Assembly: GCA_002633005.1 (NCBI GenBank)
Contig: NMRA01000305.1
Location: 158,858 to 222,857 of the forward strand
Source of the DNA: Phoronis australis
Taxonomy: Eukaryota; Animalia; Phoronida
Length of the DNA stretch: 64,000 nt
Reading direction: 5' to 3'
Shown: in pieces, positions 1 to 25,961 of the stretch
Numbering within the stretch: position 1 is the stretch's first letter
Layout: every line of letters starts with the position of its first letter
Position numbers and translations under genes: made by a program
Notes under the pieces: model-generated
The model's input: the letters and a program-made list of their open reading frames with translations, nothing else
Databases searched by the model: none
What the model was told of the DNA's origin: nothing

Positions 1-163
1 ATAGATTATTACATGTTCTCAGTCGTTATCCCCATTATCTAGAGCCCTCGTGGATTTTGGAGAATTATCACCCTCGGGGCTAACGCCCCTCGGGCAATAA
101 TTCTCCAAAATCCACTCAGGCTCTAGATAACGAGGGACAACAACTTCGTCATATAATAATCTA
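1..163. mobile_element. Palindromic (foldback) MITE-like element in an EDEM1 intron
   Basis: Imperfect whole-length inverted repeat: atagattatt...ttatctagagcc...gtggattttggagaattat pairs with ataattctccaaaatccac...ggctctagataa...aataatctat, with a GC-rich centre. Confidence 0.7.
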
Positions 164-446
164 TATTTATCTCATTAACATTCCAACAACACAGAACCTA
201 CAAAAGAAAATTTGACAAATTTACATAAAATTTCACTTGTATGTCATCTTGTGAGCTAAAATATTAAGAATTTCCTAGTCTTCATTGCCACACTTTACAA
301 GTTCCTTAAAGGATATGCAATGATAACTAGGCACATGAAACAACTTGTTGACGATCATGCAAATTAGTGATGTAACTATTACTTTCTTCAAGCTGTATGT
401 ACATCCACACTTAGGTGTGTACGTCTGCTCAAGTGCACTCACTCAC

Positions 447-3400
447 CTGCACCCCAGTCCAAGCTGCCTGCAGGGCATCTATCCAGTTGTTCGCAAGTTT
501 GCCATTTTTCATGTTCACGTTGACGTAAATTGGAGGATTCCCGGAGCCGTGATTACAATGTGCGCGTCTGAAATGGAGTGAGATCGCGTTCTTCAAGTCT
601 GTGATAAAACACAGGTATCATAGAAATTTTTACTATTCAACAACAACAACTCTGACAACAGAAAGAGAACGACTAGTGTACAGAGCATTTGCCCGACTAT
701 GTAGAAAAACTGGTCCAGTCACCTCGAAAATAATTTTTCCAATCCATCTACAGGGGCACACACCTGTAGCACTTAGAGGGGGATACTGTATCTGTTGTGT
801 TATTGAACACATCTCTGTAGGTCATTTGACTTTCACTGGAAGTGAATGTAGAACCAAGATGCAGGTAATTTGCAGGGCCATTCACATCCCTTTCTATTGG
901 TTCGGGTAAATTTTAACGCTACTTAATAAGTGCATGGAATTCCAATGAGCTGATGTTTGCACCATTCTCAGTACTTCAAGCTTCAAGCAGACATTTACTC
1001 ACATTTATTTAACAGCCAATTGCGTAATATAATTATGCTTCATTTCCTGTAAGGAATTAGCCATAGATATTTTAAAGATAATGTTATGGTGAAAAAACTC
1101 CAGTTTGGGTCAGTGGGAACTCGTTCAATTCTGCAATATTGGACGTTCCAAATTCAAGGTTATGATGAACAACCAACGATCATTCACCCAGCTGTTACAC
1201 ACTATAGGGGACACACAGATACACTGAAACTGGCTATTTTGGACGACTTTATCACCTGTCACTTCTATTTTCAGTTGATACAAAGAGCAGTGTTCGATAT
1301 TTGACAAACATGATAAATGCCAATATTGGCCACGCCTCAATCTTTAGAATCAGGAAAACACAATTTCAGCTTGAATTTCGTTGTCTCAAATTTTAGAGAC
1401 TACCTCAAACTGGAAAACTTTCATCATAATGTTTTTAGAATTAGTGTCGGACTTCATATACCATGTGCTTATAAAAAGGTTCCCATATAAAAAAACGGTG
1501 AGCTGTACTGTGCAAAGGAATGCAATACTGCGTCTTGGACCTGGGGTTTAATCTTTGTACTCAAATTGAACTCAACTTCAGACTTGACGTGCTGGAAATG
1601 CTGGGGTCATCAAGTGCAAACTAGGACTAGATGATTATCTGCATAAATCACAATACTTGAAAACAGAATAATAGACAGTTGAAAATGACAGTTGTTTGTA
1701 CAAAAGTAGAATGAAAAAATATTGAGTTTGATTCAGAATAAAAAAAGGGCCGAAAAAAGCGTAATTGGTTCAAGTCTGCTTTTGTTTTCAAAATCAAATC
1801 AGTGGTACGGTATTTGTTTCTTGCTCTCATTTTCAAAAATAACTACAGCTTAGATCAGCAAAAACAATATGAGATTAGTTTTTTACTCATGGCTTGGAAA
1901 ATGGTGTTTCAAACCTTGCTAAATGTTGTTTGTGTGTCTTTATGCAATTTTTCAAAAAAAAAAACAAGAAACTTTGGGTGAAATTGATATTTGCGGAAAG
2001 AGCAGGTCTCAAAACAAGATGAGGTAAAGCCCAGAACCAACTTTACTTTGCTTGGCCTTAGAGACCAGGGCATGATCTGCAGACGCACAAAGGGTGACAC
2101 ACACTCACCCTTTCCTCATGTAGAAGTTGATACTCTTGTAAGACTCGTTGAACATTTCCAGAGCCTCACTATCACCGAACTGTATAAAAGACTACAACAG
2201 ACAAGACACAACACAGACAGTGTCAGAAGAAGGAGCAGAAGACGAAACGAGACCTGAGGGACACATTTAACTCGCAAGGGAGGCTCAGTATTGTAACGCT
2301 ACTGATAAAAGCCGGGATTCCAGTAGAGCATTTGTTTCTAATAGCTTTATTTAATAAACCTTATGTCTCAATGTAATACAAGCCAGGTCACCGACACTAG
2401 ACAAAATGCAGTTTGTTTTACATTGAGTAAAATAGGTGTCAACAATTGACAAAGATGATTATTAACTAGTTTTCACTTAAGTTTTGGTCCCTGAGTCTCG
2501 AATAATAGAATTGTACACAATAAATTAATCCCTCCTTACAGTTGCTTTGCCGTATTTTACCCCAATTTTAGACAGTGGTGTGCCAATGAAAATTCCAGAA
2601 ATTCATTTAAATAGCTTCAGATAACGTAACATTTGATCCCTGACTTAGCTTAAAAGGTAAAGACATGAACATTGAAAAAAACAGCGAGACGGCAAGAACC
2701 GTGTGTTAACATTACAAACCTTGAGCATGTATTCGTAGAAGGAGTCCAGGCCAGCACCCAAACCGCTCATGAATCCCACCCACTCTCCTGTCTGCACATT
2801 GATTACATTACCTGGAAAACAAAAGATTGTACATTCAGTACCCAAGTAGCCACAGCGAAAAGTTTAAATCTTTGAGGTCATGGGTTTAATTTCATGTGAA
2901 GATGTATTATGGCGGAATGTAAGAATGAGGGCCTAGTGACATTCTGTTTACTCATTTTTTCATAAAAGTAAAGTAGGGCCTAACTAATGTCGGACTATTT
3001 ACAAGTTTTGAACTATAGCTACTAGATTTGAAGACAATACTTTAACAAGTACACCCAGTCTCAGCCGAACTGGTTTTAAAACATTCTACTTTGCTTCAAG
3101 GTGACCCCAAAATAAGTATATTAGATTTAGTTTGGGAATGAACACATTACGCTTTATGAGCGAAAAATCCAAGTTACCAATTGCTGACCACAACCAACTA
3201 GAAACTGACCTACTAAGCCGGTGACATTTGACCTCAGACTCCACAGTTTCTTCAATGTTTTTCTAGCCACTGATTCGTACACGGGGTCATTAAGTAGGAC
3301 GCTGAGGACACCAAACTCTAGCAGCAGGGTGCCAGCCCCTGCGGTACATGTCTCGTTTGAGCAAGTGCGAGGAACGCCATTCTGCAGATTGACCTGAGGT

Positions 3401-6400
3401 GTGAGAAATGATGTCAAGGTTGAATAATTATGGCAAATGAAAAAGCGCAATTCTTTTAGAAAGTCGGCACTCATATGGAACAAAATTGGCGAAAAACAAC
3501 AACATAGTAATTCTCCACTTACTTAAAAAATTGCCGAATTGTCGTTTGTCAGACGTCGTACTCTTTACGCCACCTGTTGGCCACATCACTCGGTCACATT
3601 CATTTGGTCACATATTACAAACCATGTCAGCAGCAGACTGGATTTTTCAACACGAAATAACATTTCCTTTGTCGGCTATATTGTCTGTTAAAGAGGTGGT
3701 GAATTACCGTACAGTACACGGTAAAAACAACTCATTACCGCACAACATTCCACTTCATCATCATGATGGCTAATAAACTGTCATGGCAGCTATCCAGCTA
3801 CTCTGATGGCGAACTGCGCTTGTACTTGGCTGCCATGACGGGGAAGTCTGCGAGAGCTCAGTTGTGATGGGAATTTCGGATCATTTTGTTTGGTCACTTT
3901 TGACGATGGGCAGCATTACGAAGGAATAGAATGCGTAATTCAAGCAGCACGCACTTTTATATTTCCCGATAAAACTATTATTAAGTCCCGTCCACAAACA
4001 GACCTACTAGTACCTTAGAGCAACTTGAAGTAGTGAAACTTGCCCCATTTTAAGCGGAGCATCCACACACACATATATTCAATAAGTAGTGCAAGGCGAA
4101 GTTGTCACTGATATGAACACTTGAAGAAGACTTGCGTGTATGCAACCGCAGCTCATAATTACTCCCGCCTTGTGCCGGTTTTGTGGCAACACACAGCGAT
4201 TAGAAGTGGCGCGAGTTACCCTAGAACAACTTACCCAACCTCGATAAGGTAAAGTAAGATTGAGAAAGCAAGTTGGACTAGTTTAAATAGCGTCCTGAGA
4301 CAGCACCAGACCTAGCGACAATTCGTTCCAACTCAAATGCTAACAATATGCTAATATTATGCTAAATTTGAACTATTTTGGCACCATACCCGTGGATAAG
4401 GAATGCCTGTTGCTGTCCCCTGGAAGGCAGGCAGTAACCTGGAGGCGAGGTCATGTGCCATGTAAAGTAGCTCCCCGTCATACTCGTGTGGCTTGATGTC
4501 ACCAAACGGCTGATCTTTGTCGATGATTAACAGGTGCGCTGCTAGAAGTCCACCTAGAACCCTAGCAAAGCAAAGATTCGTGTTGTCAAATAAAAAGCAA
4601 AAAACATGACTTAAGTTTTACATAATTTACGCAGGTTGTAAAGGCTTGCTAGCTGCTCACTAAAATACAGTGAAACTGGTCTAATGCCATATTTTGGCTT
4701 AGCCAGACAACATTCTGCGCTTCAGTCACTCCAGCTTTTGCTTGATAAAGTTTCTCGATTGGATCTTGATGCGTAACTTTTACTGTTATACACTTTAAAA
4801 CTCATAACTGGTTAATTTTGCAACAAGAAAGTTGGATACTAGTAAGGCAATGTACCCTACTAACATATTTTCACAGACCTGATATACCAGAAATTAAGAT
4901 AGAACCTATCGAATTTTCTTTCCTAGATTAAGGAGTTGAAATCTATTAACTTGTATTTTGTTAACATTACAAATAAGATCCACATCCTGTAATTGATAAG
5001 AATCAATTTCAGACTCCAAGTCAAACGATAAGGAGAGTTATTTTGCATTCACGTGATATTGAAAAAAGATTGTAATTCTCTACTTATATCGCACAATAAC
5101 AATTTTGCTAAAATTGTCATTTTCCTTCTTTCAAACTGGCAGATTACATTTTTACTGCAAACCATGAAAATGTAACAAAAAGTTATTTCATGACATGAAC
5201 ACAGTACAACCCATGATAGCTGAAGACTGAAATTTTCATAATCTTTACTTTTGTGGAGGGAATTTGACAAAATAGAATTTTACTTGACAGCCATATTGAG
5301 TGCTAAAAAAGTGAAAAATTAACTAGCCTAAGGTCAAACCGTGAACCGATGAATGGTAATGGTCGTATATAACATGCCCGAATTTTGAGAACCAGTTTTC
5401 TCCACTGAATAACGGGCATCAAACTGGTTCTAAAAATACAGGCATATTACATCCAACTATTGCCCAAAGAACAGATGCTATCTAATTACATTAATCGTAA
5501 TTCCAATCAATAACAGAATACAGAAATATATGGAAGTACGTATTCTGTTCAGTTGAATAAAACTAGCATTGTCGTCTCATCATCCCATAATCTTATCAAA
5601 GCACAATATGAGAGGTATGAGAGGAAAAACTTTGAATCTTCTGTCTGCTACGTCAAGTGATTTTGGAATAGGAAACTAAGACACAGTCACCTTTTTGTTT
5701 TTGAGACATGACACGAAGGGACATGACACGTAGGCCGGGAGATCAATACTGTAAAGTTTAACAAGAAATACCAAGTGTTTAATGAAGAATAATAAATAAG
5801 TACCGTATTGTTGCTTCAAACACTTGAACTGTATTATTTTTGTCGAAAGACACATACTGTATGACCAAGGCGACAGCACGTTTGAATTCTGTGCAATTTC
5901 CCATCACCTGCAATGAATAACATAAAAAGTACGTAACTTACCACCAAACCATGGTAGATAACCTTACCAACTCATGGACAAGCACTCAAAATGTACTGCA
6001 ACATACATTTCAACAAACGCATTAAAGTAATTTTCTTTTTGAATAAGTGACTAATATAATCACACTCCACTATGACACCCATGCTCGAACAGAACACTTT
6101 TTCGTAGAGTTCAGCTGGACACAACAGACTGAATCATACTGATAGGGACTGGAATTTCAAATACTTAGTCCTGTAGTCACAAAGAAATTATGGTTGTGCA
6201 CGACGCACTAAATTGTACAGCTTATAAGACAGGCATCAATTGTATTCATGAGAAAAGAAATGGTGCTGTTAATGAGAGTTTCCTGTCTAGGCTTTTTGAG
6301 GGATGAAGATTATCTAATGTGACTGGCTAAAACTGCCTTTCATCTCGATTAGCTGCCTAACAACAAAAACCGAATAAGACCCTTTGCTCTCATAACATCG

Positions 6401-9400
6401 GTTTCACAACAGTCCTTGCAGTGATAGGATATCAGTTACCAACAACAACATCAGCAGGCCCATAGCCAGGGAGGGTTCGGGGGGTTTGATCGAACACCCC
6501 CCGCGGGTAAGGCCCAGCCCCGAGCAATCCATTAAAGATAAGATATAGATGGACAAAAACAATAAAATTGTTGCAGTTACTGGAACTACTAACTACAATG
6601 ATAAATAAGTCACTAATAATTCTGAATTTAGTTCACGTAATTATAGGGCCTTACCCGGTCAACTTCGTCCGAAAGGTGCTTGATGATAGGATCGTGCAGA
6701 CAATTAGAGGAGTCTTTAAATTATTCATTGGCATTGAACGCGTGTGGTGGCTACATAGAACAACATAGGGTAACACGGGAGTCTAGAAGTAAATGTCTAC
6801 AGCTAGATAGGCTATATAACAGCGAGAGAGCTCTCAAAAAGTCAAACAAAATAACAGATAGGCTATATAACAGCGAGAGAGCTCTCAAAAAGTCAAACAA
6901 AATAACAGAAAGTAGGCTTATCTGCTATTTTGATAGTGGCAGAGTACGGTAAAGTGCAGACGTTTTCAAATTTCCACTTCGGTTGTGGATTGGTGGATCA
7001 CATGCATGCGTGTACACGTGTGTGCATTTCCATTCTTTTAAATTCAGTACACGCCGATGATAATTAAGTTCATTATAGGCAGTCCTCCGTCGTTGTTCAA
7101 AAATCAGACATTTAACTACATGGGCAGAGCACCGTAGGGGGTTGGGGGGATATAGTCCCCACGTTTTTCATTGCTGTGCCGCCCATGGTCTATGCCGGGG
7201 GACGGTGCACCAGAGGGGGCCTATAGCCCTCACTTTTTTCAATGCTGCCCCCCCCCATGAACTACCGTGTTTTCTTGCACCAACAAAACCCCCACGAGCA
7301 TGTTCATGTTATTAGGGAAAAGAATGTCAACTTTGGTCAATGAAGAAAGTCATTACTCCGATTGTCTGCTAATGAGTCGGAACTGACATGAGAAAAGTAT
7401 TGTATTTGTGCCCATTTAGTAACTATTTAAAGGNNNNNNNNNNNNNNNNNNNNNNNNNNNNNNNNNNNNNNNNNNNNNNNNNNNNNNNNNNNNNNNNNNN
7501 NNNNNNNNNNNNNNNNNNNNNNNNNNNNNNNNNNNNNNNNNNNNNNNNNNNNNNNNNNNNNNNNNNNNNNNNNNNNNNNTCGAACAGAACACTTTTTCGT
7601 AGAGTTCAGCTGGACACAACAGACTGAATCATACTGATAGGGACTGGAATTTCAAATACTTAGTCCTGTAGTCACAAAGAAATTATGGTTGTGCACGACG
7701 CACTAAATTGTACAGCTTATAAGACAGGCATCAATTGTATTCATGAGAAAAGAAATGGTGCTGTTAATGAGAGTTTCCTGTCTAGGCTTTTTGAGGGATG
7801 AAGATTATCTAATGTGACTGGCTAAAACTGCCTTTCATCTCGATTAGCTGCCTAACAACAAAAACTGAATAAGACCCTTTGCTCTCATAACATCGGTTTC
7901 ACAACAGTCCTTGCAGTAATAGGATATCAGTTACCAACAACAACATCAGCAGGCCCATAGCCAGGGAGGGTTCGGGGGGGGGGGTTCGATCGAACNNNCC
8001 CCCCGTGGGTAAGGCCCAGCCCCGAGCAATTCGTTAAAGATAAAATATAGATGGACAAAAACAATAAAATTGTTGCAGTTACTGGAACTACTAACTACAA
8101 TGACAACTAAGTCACTAATAATTCTGAATTTAGTTCACGTAATTATAGGGCCTTACCCGGTCAACTTCGTCCGAAAGGTGCTTGATGGTAAGATTGTGCA
8201 GACGATTAGAGGAGTCTTTATGTTATTCATCGACATTGAACGCACGTGGTGGTTACATAGTACAACATAGGGTAACACGGGAGTCTAGAAGTATATGTCT
8301 ATAGCTAGATAGGCTATATAGCAGCGAGAGAGCTCTCAAAAAGTAGTGCCGTGTGAACATCTTAAAATCGACCAACAAACAAAATAGCAGAAAGTAGGCT
8401 TATCTGATATTTTGATAGTGGCAGAGTACGGTAAAGTGCAGACGTTTTCAAATTTCCACTTCGGTTTTGGATTGGTGGATCACATGCATGCGTGTACACG
8501 TGTGTGCATTTCCATTCTTTTAAATTCAGTACACGTCGATGATAATTAAGTTCATTATAGGCAGTCCTCCATCGTTGTTCAAAAATCAGACATTTAACTA
8601 CATGGGCAGAGCACCGTAGGGGGTTGGGGGGATATAGTCCCCACGTTTTTCAGTGCTGTGCCGCCCATGGTCTACGCCGGGGGGCGGTGCACCAGAGGGG
8701 GCCTATAGCCCTCACTTTTTTCAATGCTGCCCCCCCCCATGAACTACCGTGTTTTCTTGCACCAACAAAACCCCCACGAGCATGTTCATGTTATTAGGGA
8801 AAAGAATGTCAACTTTGGTCAATGAAGAAAGTCATTACTCCGATTGTCTGCTAATGAGTCGGAACTGACATGAGAAAAGTATTGTATTTGTGCCCATTTA
8901 GTAACTATTTAAAGGGTGTACAAAAGTGTAATAGTTCTTAAAACATTGATTACATTGTTTACAAATGAGCTCAGTTCCAGTCACTGCCAATCGTGAATCT
9001 TCAATCTAACTAACGACTCATTCAGTCTCAAGCAGGGACAACATCGGGTCAGGACTTCAGCGACCAATAACGGCAGTTTTAAATTTAAGAAGACTGAATG
9101 GGACTCTCCGAGTTCGTGAAGACTGGAAGGGACAGGGTAGCCTACTATCTACATTTAGTTTTGACCCGGCCATGCGCGTGGTTCCGATGGGTGAATTTGA
9201 GTGGCAGCAGCCCTCAACTAGCTCAGTCACGCTGTGAAATGATGTGACCTTGACGTGGATTTGATGAATATATCGTGGTTGATAATTCATCAATATTCGT
9301 ACTTCATAATATATCTTTTAAAAATGCAAGTACGTACTCATTTTGCGTATTCGAAAGGCATGCGGGCAATTTCGCATGCGCATGAAATCTGAGCGTTGTT

Positions 9401-11656
9401 TGAGCATAGGAACACCATCTAGCGCATCTAATAACCGAAGGGTCATTTATTTTTGTAGGTAAAAGGGGGATATCTGATACACCCTTGTCCAAAATTTTAG
9501 ATCTTTTCAGAGTAGTGAACCTTCGGAATAGTGAACCTTCAGAGTAGTGAACCTCTGGAATACTGGGCTGTTCCCATTTCTAGCGATGTAAGCAAGTTAA
9601 GTAACACGCAAGAACAACCAGATCAGACAAGTGGAACATGCTCCGATTAAATATTTCCGTCCGAGTATGTATTGAGGTGTAATCACTCATTTAAGCACAC
9701 TTTGTTTGAAAGATTGGCAGGGGGGAACGCGGGAACATTCTCTTTCTGGACCACATTACGTTACGTCCAAATTTGGGTCCCGTTCTTTGTGAGCGACCGT
9801 CACGGCATCCTCATTTCTAGTATTATGAGGCCGTCTGATCTTAGAGCTGAAAGTCGTTGTTGTGTGTATAGATTTCTCTCCCCCTAGTTAAGCTGCGTCA
9901 AGGGCCTTACCGAAAACTGGGCAGTGTCGACGTTTGCAAAACATCAAAGGTCCACTGCACTAGAAATTCGAACCACCCCCCCGCGTAGTGCTGGCTACAG
10001 GCCTGATCAGAAGAAAGTGCTTCATAGATTATTGGGGCTGGCCAACACTGAAATTCCAATTTCAAAAATGGCTCGTGTATGTATTGCCTGTGATTTGAGG
10101 TCTTAACAAATAAGGAATATCATGAAACCGATTTCATGAGAGGAAGATCTAACTTGATTTTTAGCCAGCTGAATAAGGCAAAATGTGGCATACGAACAAC
10201 TGAATTGACAACATGAGTACGGACACTTGTAGATTCATGGCTAAGCATGCTTTACAAATCCAAACATTACAATCATGATTAGCCATAACTGTGAAAACAA
10301 ACTTGAATCATTGTATTTCCAATCAGACCAACCAAAGTCACAGGAACTTGCCACAGGGGGTTCTCAATGAGAAATGAATCGTGCAAGTTGGCAGTTCAAT
10401 GTGATCGGACTAAATGCATGTCATCCTTTCTAAATATTAAAAAGTAAAGCAATGACAGCGCAGTCACTAACAAACCACTACTTTCTTACAACATCAGTCA
10501 ACCCCCTCCCCCAAAAAAGTTTTACATTCAACCGAGTTGTTTGTCACTGATTTACAATCATGGCATAAAGAATAACGTTTCAGCATTATGGCACACCCCT
10601 TGATAATCGGCAGAAAGCTTATAGCGGTCGACATGTTTAGAAAGCAGATCATGTTAAAGCCTAACTTCAATGGAATTTTACTTTAGATGTCTTGGGCTAA
10701 CCAGGTACTCCTAGCAAAGCCTTGGCAAAATAGGAAAATGTGACTTTAATCACGCAAATGTAGGCCTGTCATATGATAGGCGAAGCTGCATTTTCGCACC
10801 ATATTGGGTCACCACGAGATCCCTGCACAAACAACAAAAGGTCGATAACAGCTGCATTGAATAGGGGTCTAAATAGAACACCATTGTGTGCGGGTGTTAT
10901 TCGCACCTGTTTAAATCAAAAGGAGAATCTCGCTATGACATAGATAAAGCGAGCCAATACGCCTAACAGTTCGTTACATTTGACAATGCATGGAACTAGT
11001 GGGCTCAGAGCGATGCTCTTAACGTACTGTAGGATACAAATTTACAAGTGTTATCGTTCAAGATAGGCTTTAATACCTCGGCAGAGAGCAGCAACTGCAA
11101 CACATAATGGAGTGTGAAGCAGGATCTGTTGTGTGGTGTCGTATTTTAAAATTAATTGAAATTTATGTACAGCAAGAAAATATCAAATCAGTGAGATTCT
11201 CAATATTCAAAGTATCGGTGGAAGAACCAGATAATGTTCATGTCAATACATTAATAATATTTTGCCAGGCTATAAAAATCAGTACAATACCATTAAACAT
11301 GTTTATATACACCACTGCAAGCATCCAAAGCTACAGTAAAGTCTCCTGAAATTTGAGCAAAAACAATTACACAAATTGTCCTTTTCCCAATTTCTAACAC
11401 TTCAGTGCAATGTCAAAAAGACTTGACAAAATTCCACTATATTTTTGACGACACATGTACTACTCCAGAAATATTTAAGTAAATTTTTGTTACTGTTCAG
11501 CTCAAAATTACTGTTGTACTAAGTATTGCTTTGTAATTGAAGAAGCTTGTAATTACCATACTTCGGAAAAGTTTACTACTTACAGCGAGAGTGTCCAAAG
11601 TATCCACAAGAGTTAATGAGTAGTCGCCCAATATATCATTAATGTTTATGTTGTCT
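447..11656 (-). CDS. EDEM1: ER degradation-enhancing alpha-mannosidase-like protein 1 (GH47), partial. Exons: 11656-11584, 5907-5804, 4561-4390, 3393-3210, 2811-2720, 2191-2109, 567-447; continues beyond position 1
   Basis: GT/AG-bounded, phase-consistent exons splice to [70 protein letters not shown]...[47 protein letters not shown]...[38 protein letters not shown]...[19 protein letters not shown]...WIDALQA. These are GH47/EDEM1 motifs; the CNxGxGxPPxYVNVNM segment points to EDEM1 rather than EDEM2/3. Confidence 0.93.
5356..5466. repeat. Degenerate ~110-bp palindrome (MITE-like)
   Basis: atgcccgaattttgagaaccagttt pairs with aaactggttctaaaaatacaggcat; outer arms are degenerate. Confidence 0.5.
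6085..8915. repeat. ~1.34-kb direct duplication (6085-7433 and 7580-8915) flanking a 146-N gap; probable uncollapsed haplotype overlap
   Basis: Both copies start tcgaacagaacactttt and end gtaactatttaaagg. Copy 1 ends exactly at the gap and copy 2 starts exactly after it. Confidence 0.85.
7950..10005. mobile_element. ~2.06-kb non-autonomous DNA transposon with TIRs and 5-bp TSD (hAT5-like); left part duplicated from 6455
   Basis: Left end caggcccatagccag, right end ctggctacaggcctg; ATCAG immediately on both sides (7945-7949 and 10006-10010). No intact ORF. Confidence 0.75.
9505..9575. repeat. Three to four ~16-bp tandem units (gaatagtgaaccttc-like), probably the subterminal array of a nested DNA element
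   Basis: agagtagtgaaccttc-ggaatagtgaaccttc-agagtagtgaacctct-ggaatactgggctgttccc. Confidence 0.55.
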
Positions 11657-13394
11657 CTAAAAAAAGAGTATGGTATACAATGAAAAAGCATAAAAACAAA
11701 TTTCAAATAGTCATTTTCAGGTATAGCGACGACAAAATGACAAGCCAAACTGGGCAGCTGGTTCTAGAGTAGTTGGGGGATAGCATTCAGCGTTCCTGAA
11801 TGGGATTTTGGGACATTTTTACAATTTTGAGACCATTTATATGTCAGAAAATTACCAATGTTGGATGATGGGATATTCAGATAATTCACACAAGAACAAA
11901 AATTTCAATATGTCCGTGAAAGAAAGAAATTGCGTTTCCTCGGCGTTCTACATTGGGATTTATAACAGGGCCCTGCACTCTCTTTTACTTGAATTTCAGC
12001 TTTTGACTTCGCATTCTCTAGAAATTCTTCCGCCCTCTTTTAAACCCTCTTTTAATTTGTTTAGCCAGGAAATGTTTATCAGTCTGTACTTGTTTCAGTT
12101 CCCTCAAATTTGGTTTAGATAATCATTGTTTTGTGCAACACCAATGCTTCATGTCTCTGCAGTCTCTACATCTCTTGCAAAAAGTTTTCAAAATATATAT
12201 TATTAAAAACCCTTATAAGTTCGAAAAATGAGCCTCCTGAAGAGTTTTGAATTTCCAGAGATGCCTTTCACAGATAATGAAAATCACCGATCTGAGCTGC
12301 AATTCCCAAATTATGCATCTCTTCCACAGCACAATAAATCTTGTGTAATCTGCAAGTGTTTTAACATCAATTTTACAATATTAAGTTTCTTTGCATCTTG
12401 AATAGTTGGTAAAAAGAAGTTAAGATCTGCACTACAAGTGGATTCTTATAAGTAGGTGGGTAGGTAGAAAATGAAAATATGCGAGATATGACGTCATATC
12501 CCCTGGCGCACACACTGTAAGAATGGCCAGTTGCCAATTTGGGCAACTGAACGAAGGACTGCTCGCAAAAACGTCCGATTACGGGAGTATCTGTTTGATG
12601 TGAAAGGAATTAAAGACATTGACGGCCACCTAAGAATCTAAGGTGTCTACTGGTGCTACTACAGTCAAGTGACCTTATTATCAGACATTTCACCGAAAGC
12701 CACTTATGTTCCGACTGATCTTTAAAAAACACAACTAGTAAACCTTCGGAGAACCTTAATTATCAGACACCATGTCCCCCCATACGCCACACCGCAGGCA
12801 AGTAATGGCCGCGGGCACCTTGTAGCCAAATTTCAGCTCCAGCGTTTTGACATATGCTGCTAGGACACAGCCCCATTCGCAACAAAATTATCCATAAAAT
12901 GAAATCTGATGACGGCACCAAATTGTTTCGATGAATCAGTGCAGACGACTAAAGCACGTGCAAACTCACTGCAGTTTTTAGTATCTCTTTGCCTTCTTGA
13001 TGAGACCCGCACGTGCGCGGTCGGTGTTTGACTCGAATTTAAGAACAAATGAAAAAACAAAACAGAGACACATTGTCAGTTCACTGAGAAGACTTCATTG
13101 TAAGAAAGATTTTGTTTTCAACTTTTATAATCAATTTATGCTATCGTCCATTTTAGGCCAACTTGGGGGTCTAAATTGCACCTCTCTCTCGGTAAAATGA
13201 AAACGAGACAACGCTGCAAAAAACGAGACACTGCCGGACATTGAATGCATTACAGCAAAACAAAAATTGGTGTCATTTAATTCCCAGATTATGCTTCAAG
13301 TAAGATTTTATGAAATGTCCGATATTTAGGGTCTGTCCGATAATTAGGTACACTGTCACTATGGTCCATGCATACCGTACTTTAAGCAGAGAAG

Positions 13395-13697
13395 GTGGCA
13401 CCAGGGGCGGATNNGCGATTTCGAAGCAGTCAGTTGGCGAGTTTTCGCCCTGGGATTTCAGCACAATTTTCTGTAAAATGATCGTAATTTAGCAGCAAAG
13501 TTTGATAGCAATGCACCACAGTTTTGTTGAAAGTCTTTCATAGATTACATGCGTCACAGAGCGTAAATTTGATGAATCTTAGCTTCCGATTTCACCCGTT
13601 TCGGAGACCGATTTTCAACCGCCTTGGGTTATAATAAGCGCCCCCCTGAACCGAACTTTTCTAAGCGCCCTGGGCGGTTATTACGGCGAATACGGTA
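13395..13697. mobile_element. Dispersed repeat fragment ending in TACGGTA (Tc1/pogo-type MITE end); second copy at ~31610-31872
   Basis: Shares gatagcaatgcaccaca...cgtcacagagcgtaaatttgatgaatc.tagcttccgattt with the 31.6-31.9 kb copy; the left side is truncated at an NN junction. Confidence 0.6.
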
Positions 13698-14598
13698 TTG
13701 TAAAATCATTATTTTAGTTAAAAAGTTGAACTACAAACTCGGAAAACTTCCTTGTTTCATTCTCGAAATGGCCTGATAATCGGCAAATCGCGAGTCCTCT
13801 TCTATCGGCATGTGTTTCACAGGCTTAACCTATAAGCAACGACTTCTGTGATTTGTGGATTGCTTACTTCGTCTAATTCCGGCTATTTACGGCTAAATAC
13901 GTACTGTTGACAAAATGGCAAAGCATGAGTGGTCACATATTCCGAGCTGTCAAGAAAGTAGATTCAGATTGAAGCTGTCATCATCTCTTGAATTATGATG
14001 TAAAAAATGTAGTAAGTGATGCGTGCGCGTGTCACATGTATACTTTCCAAGTCAAAGCTGTACAATACTCTAAGAAAATGTTTTTTGCTATCAGGTTCGG
14101 CCATTTAAAAGAAATACAATTTAATGAACATCATTTTCTTTTATCGTTCCCCTCTTTTGTAACAAAGAAAATTCACGTCAATTTCAAAACAGTGGTTCCT
14201 GACATGGACCATTTACTCCATTTTTAATTTGGTGAAGTGATATCTTTGGAGAGATTGTGACACGTTTGCCATTGAAAGAAAAATTTCTTCTGAATTTCGT
14301 TCACTTGTAATAAAATACTTAAAACTACTGATGAAGGGAAACTAGTTCTCATAATTGGCCTATCGCAAGCTCCGTCCCCCTGTCAACAAACAAACAATAA
14401 ATTTTACCCGGCAATGAGTTGTTTGTCACGTAAAATGGTGACTTGGAAACGAAGGTGTGTCAACAATGCTGTGTTGTGACTGATCAGTTAAGCCGTCACT
14501 CAAACTCCTGGCGATTGGTCAATTTGTCGTGAACAGTACGCAAACTTGTGAGTAATGAAGTGATTGAAGAATCAGTGAAAACAAAAATTGGCCAAGAG

Positions 14599-25940
<11,342 letters not shown>

Positions 25941-25961
25941 GCCATCTTGATATTAATGCAT

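Noticed and set aside
6568-8290. Duplicated ORFs and an exon-like segment (ag...gaccgg|gtaagg on the minus strand) inside an EDEM1 intron
   Set aside because: Lies within the duplicated transposon and has no GH47 similarity; the flanking EDEM1 exons already join in frame.
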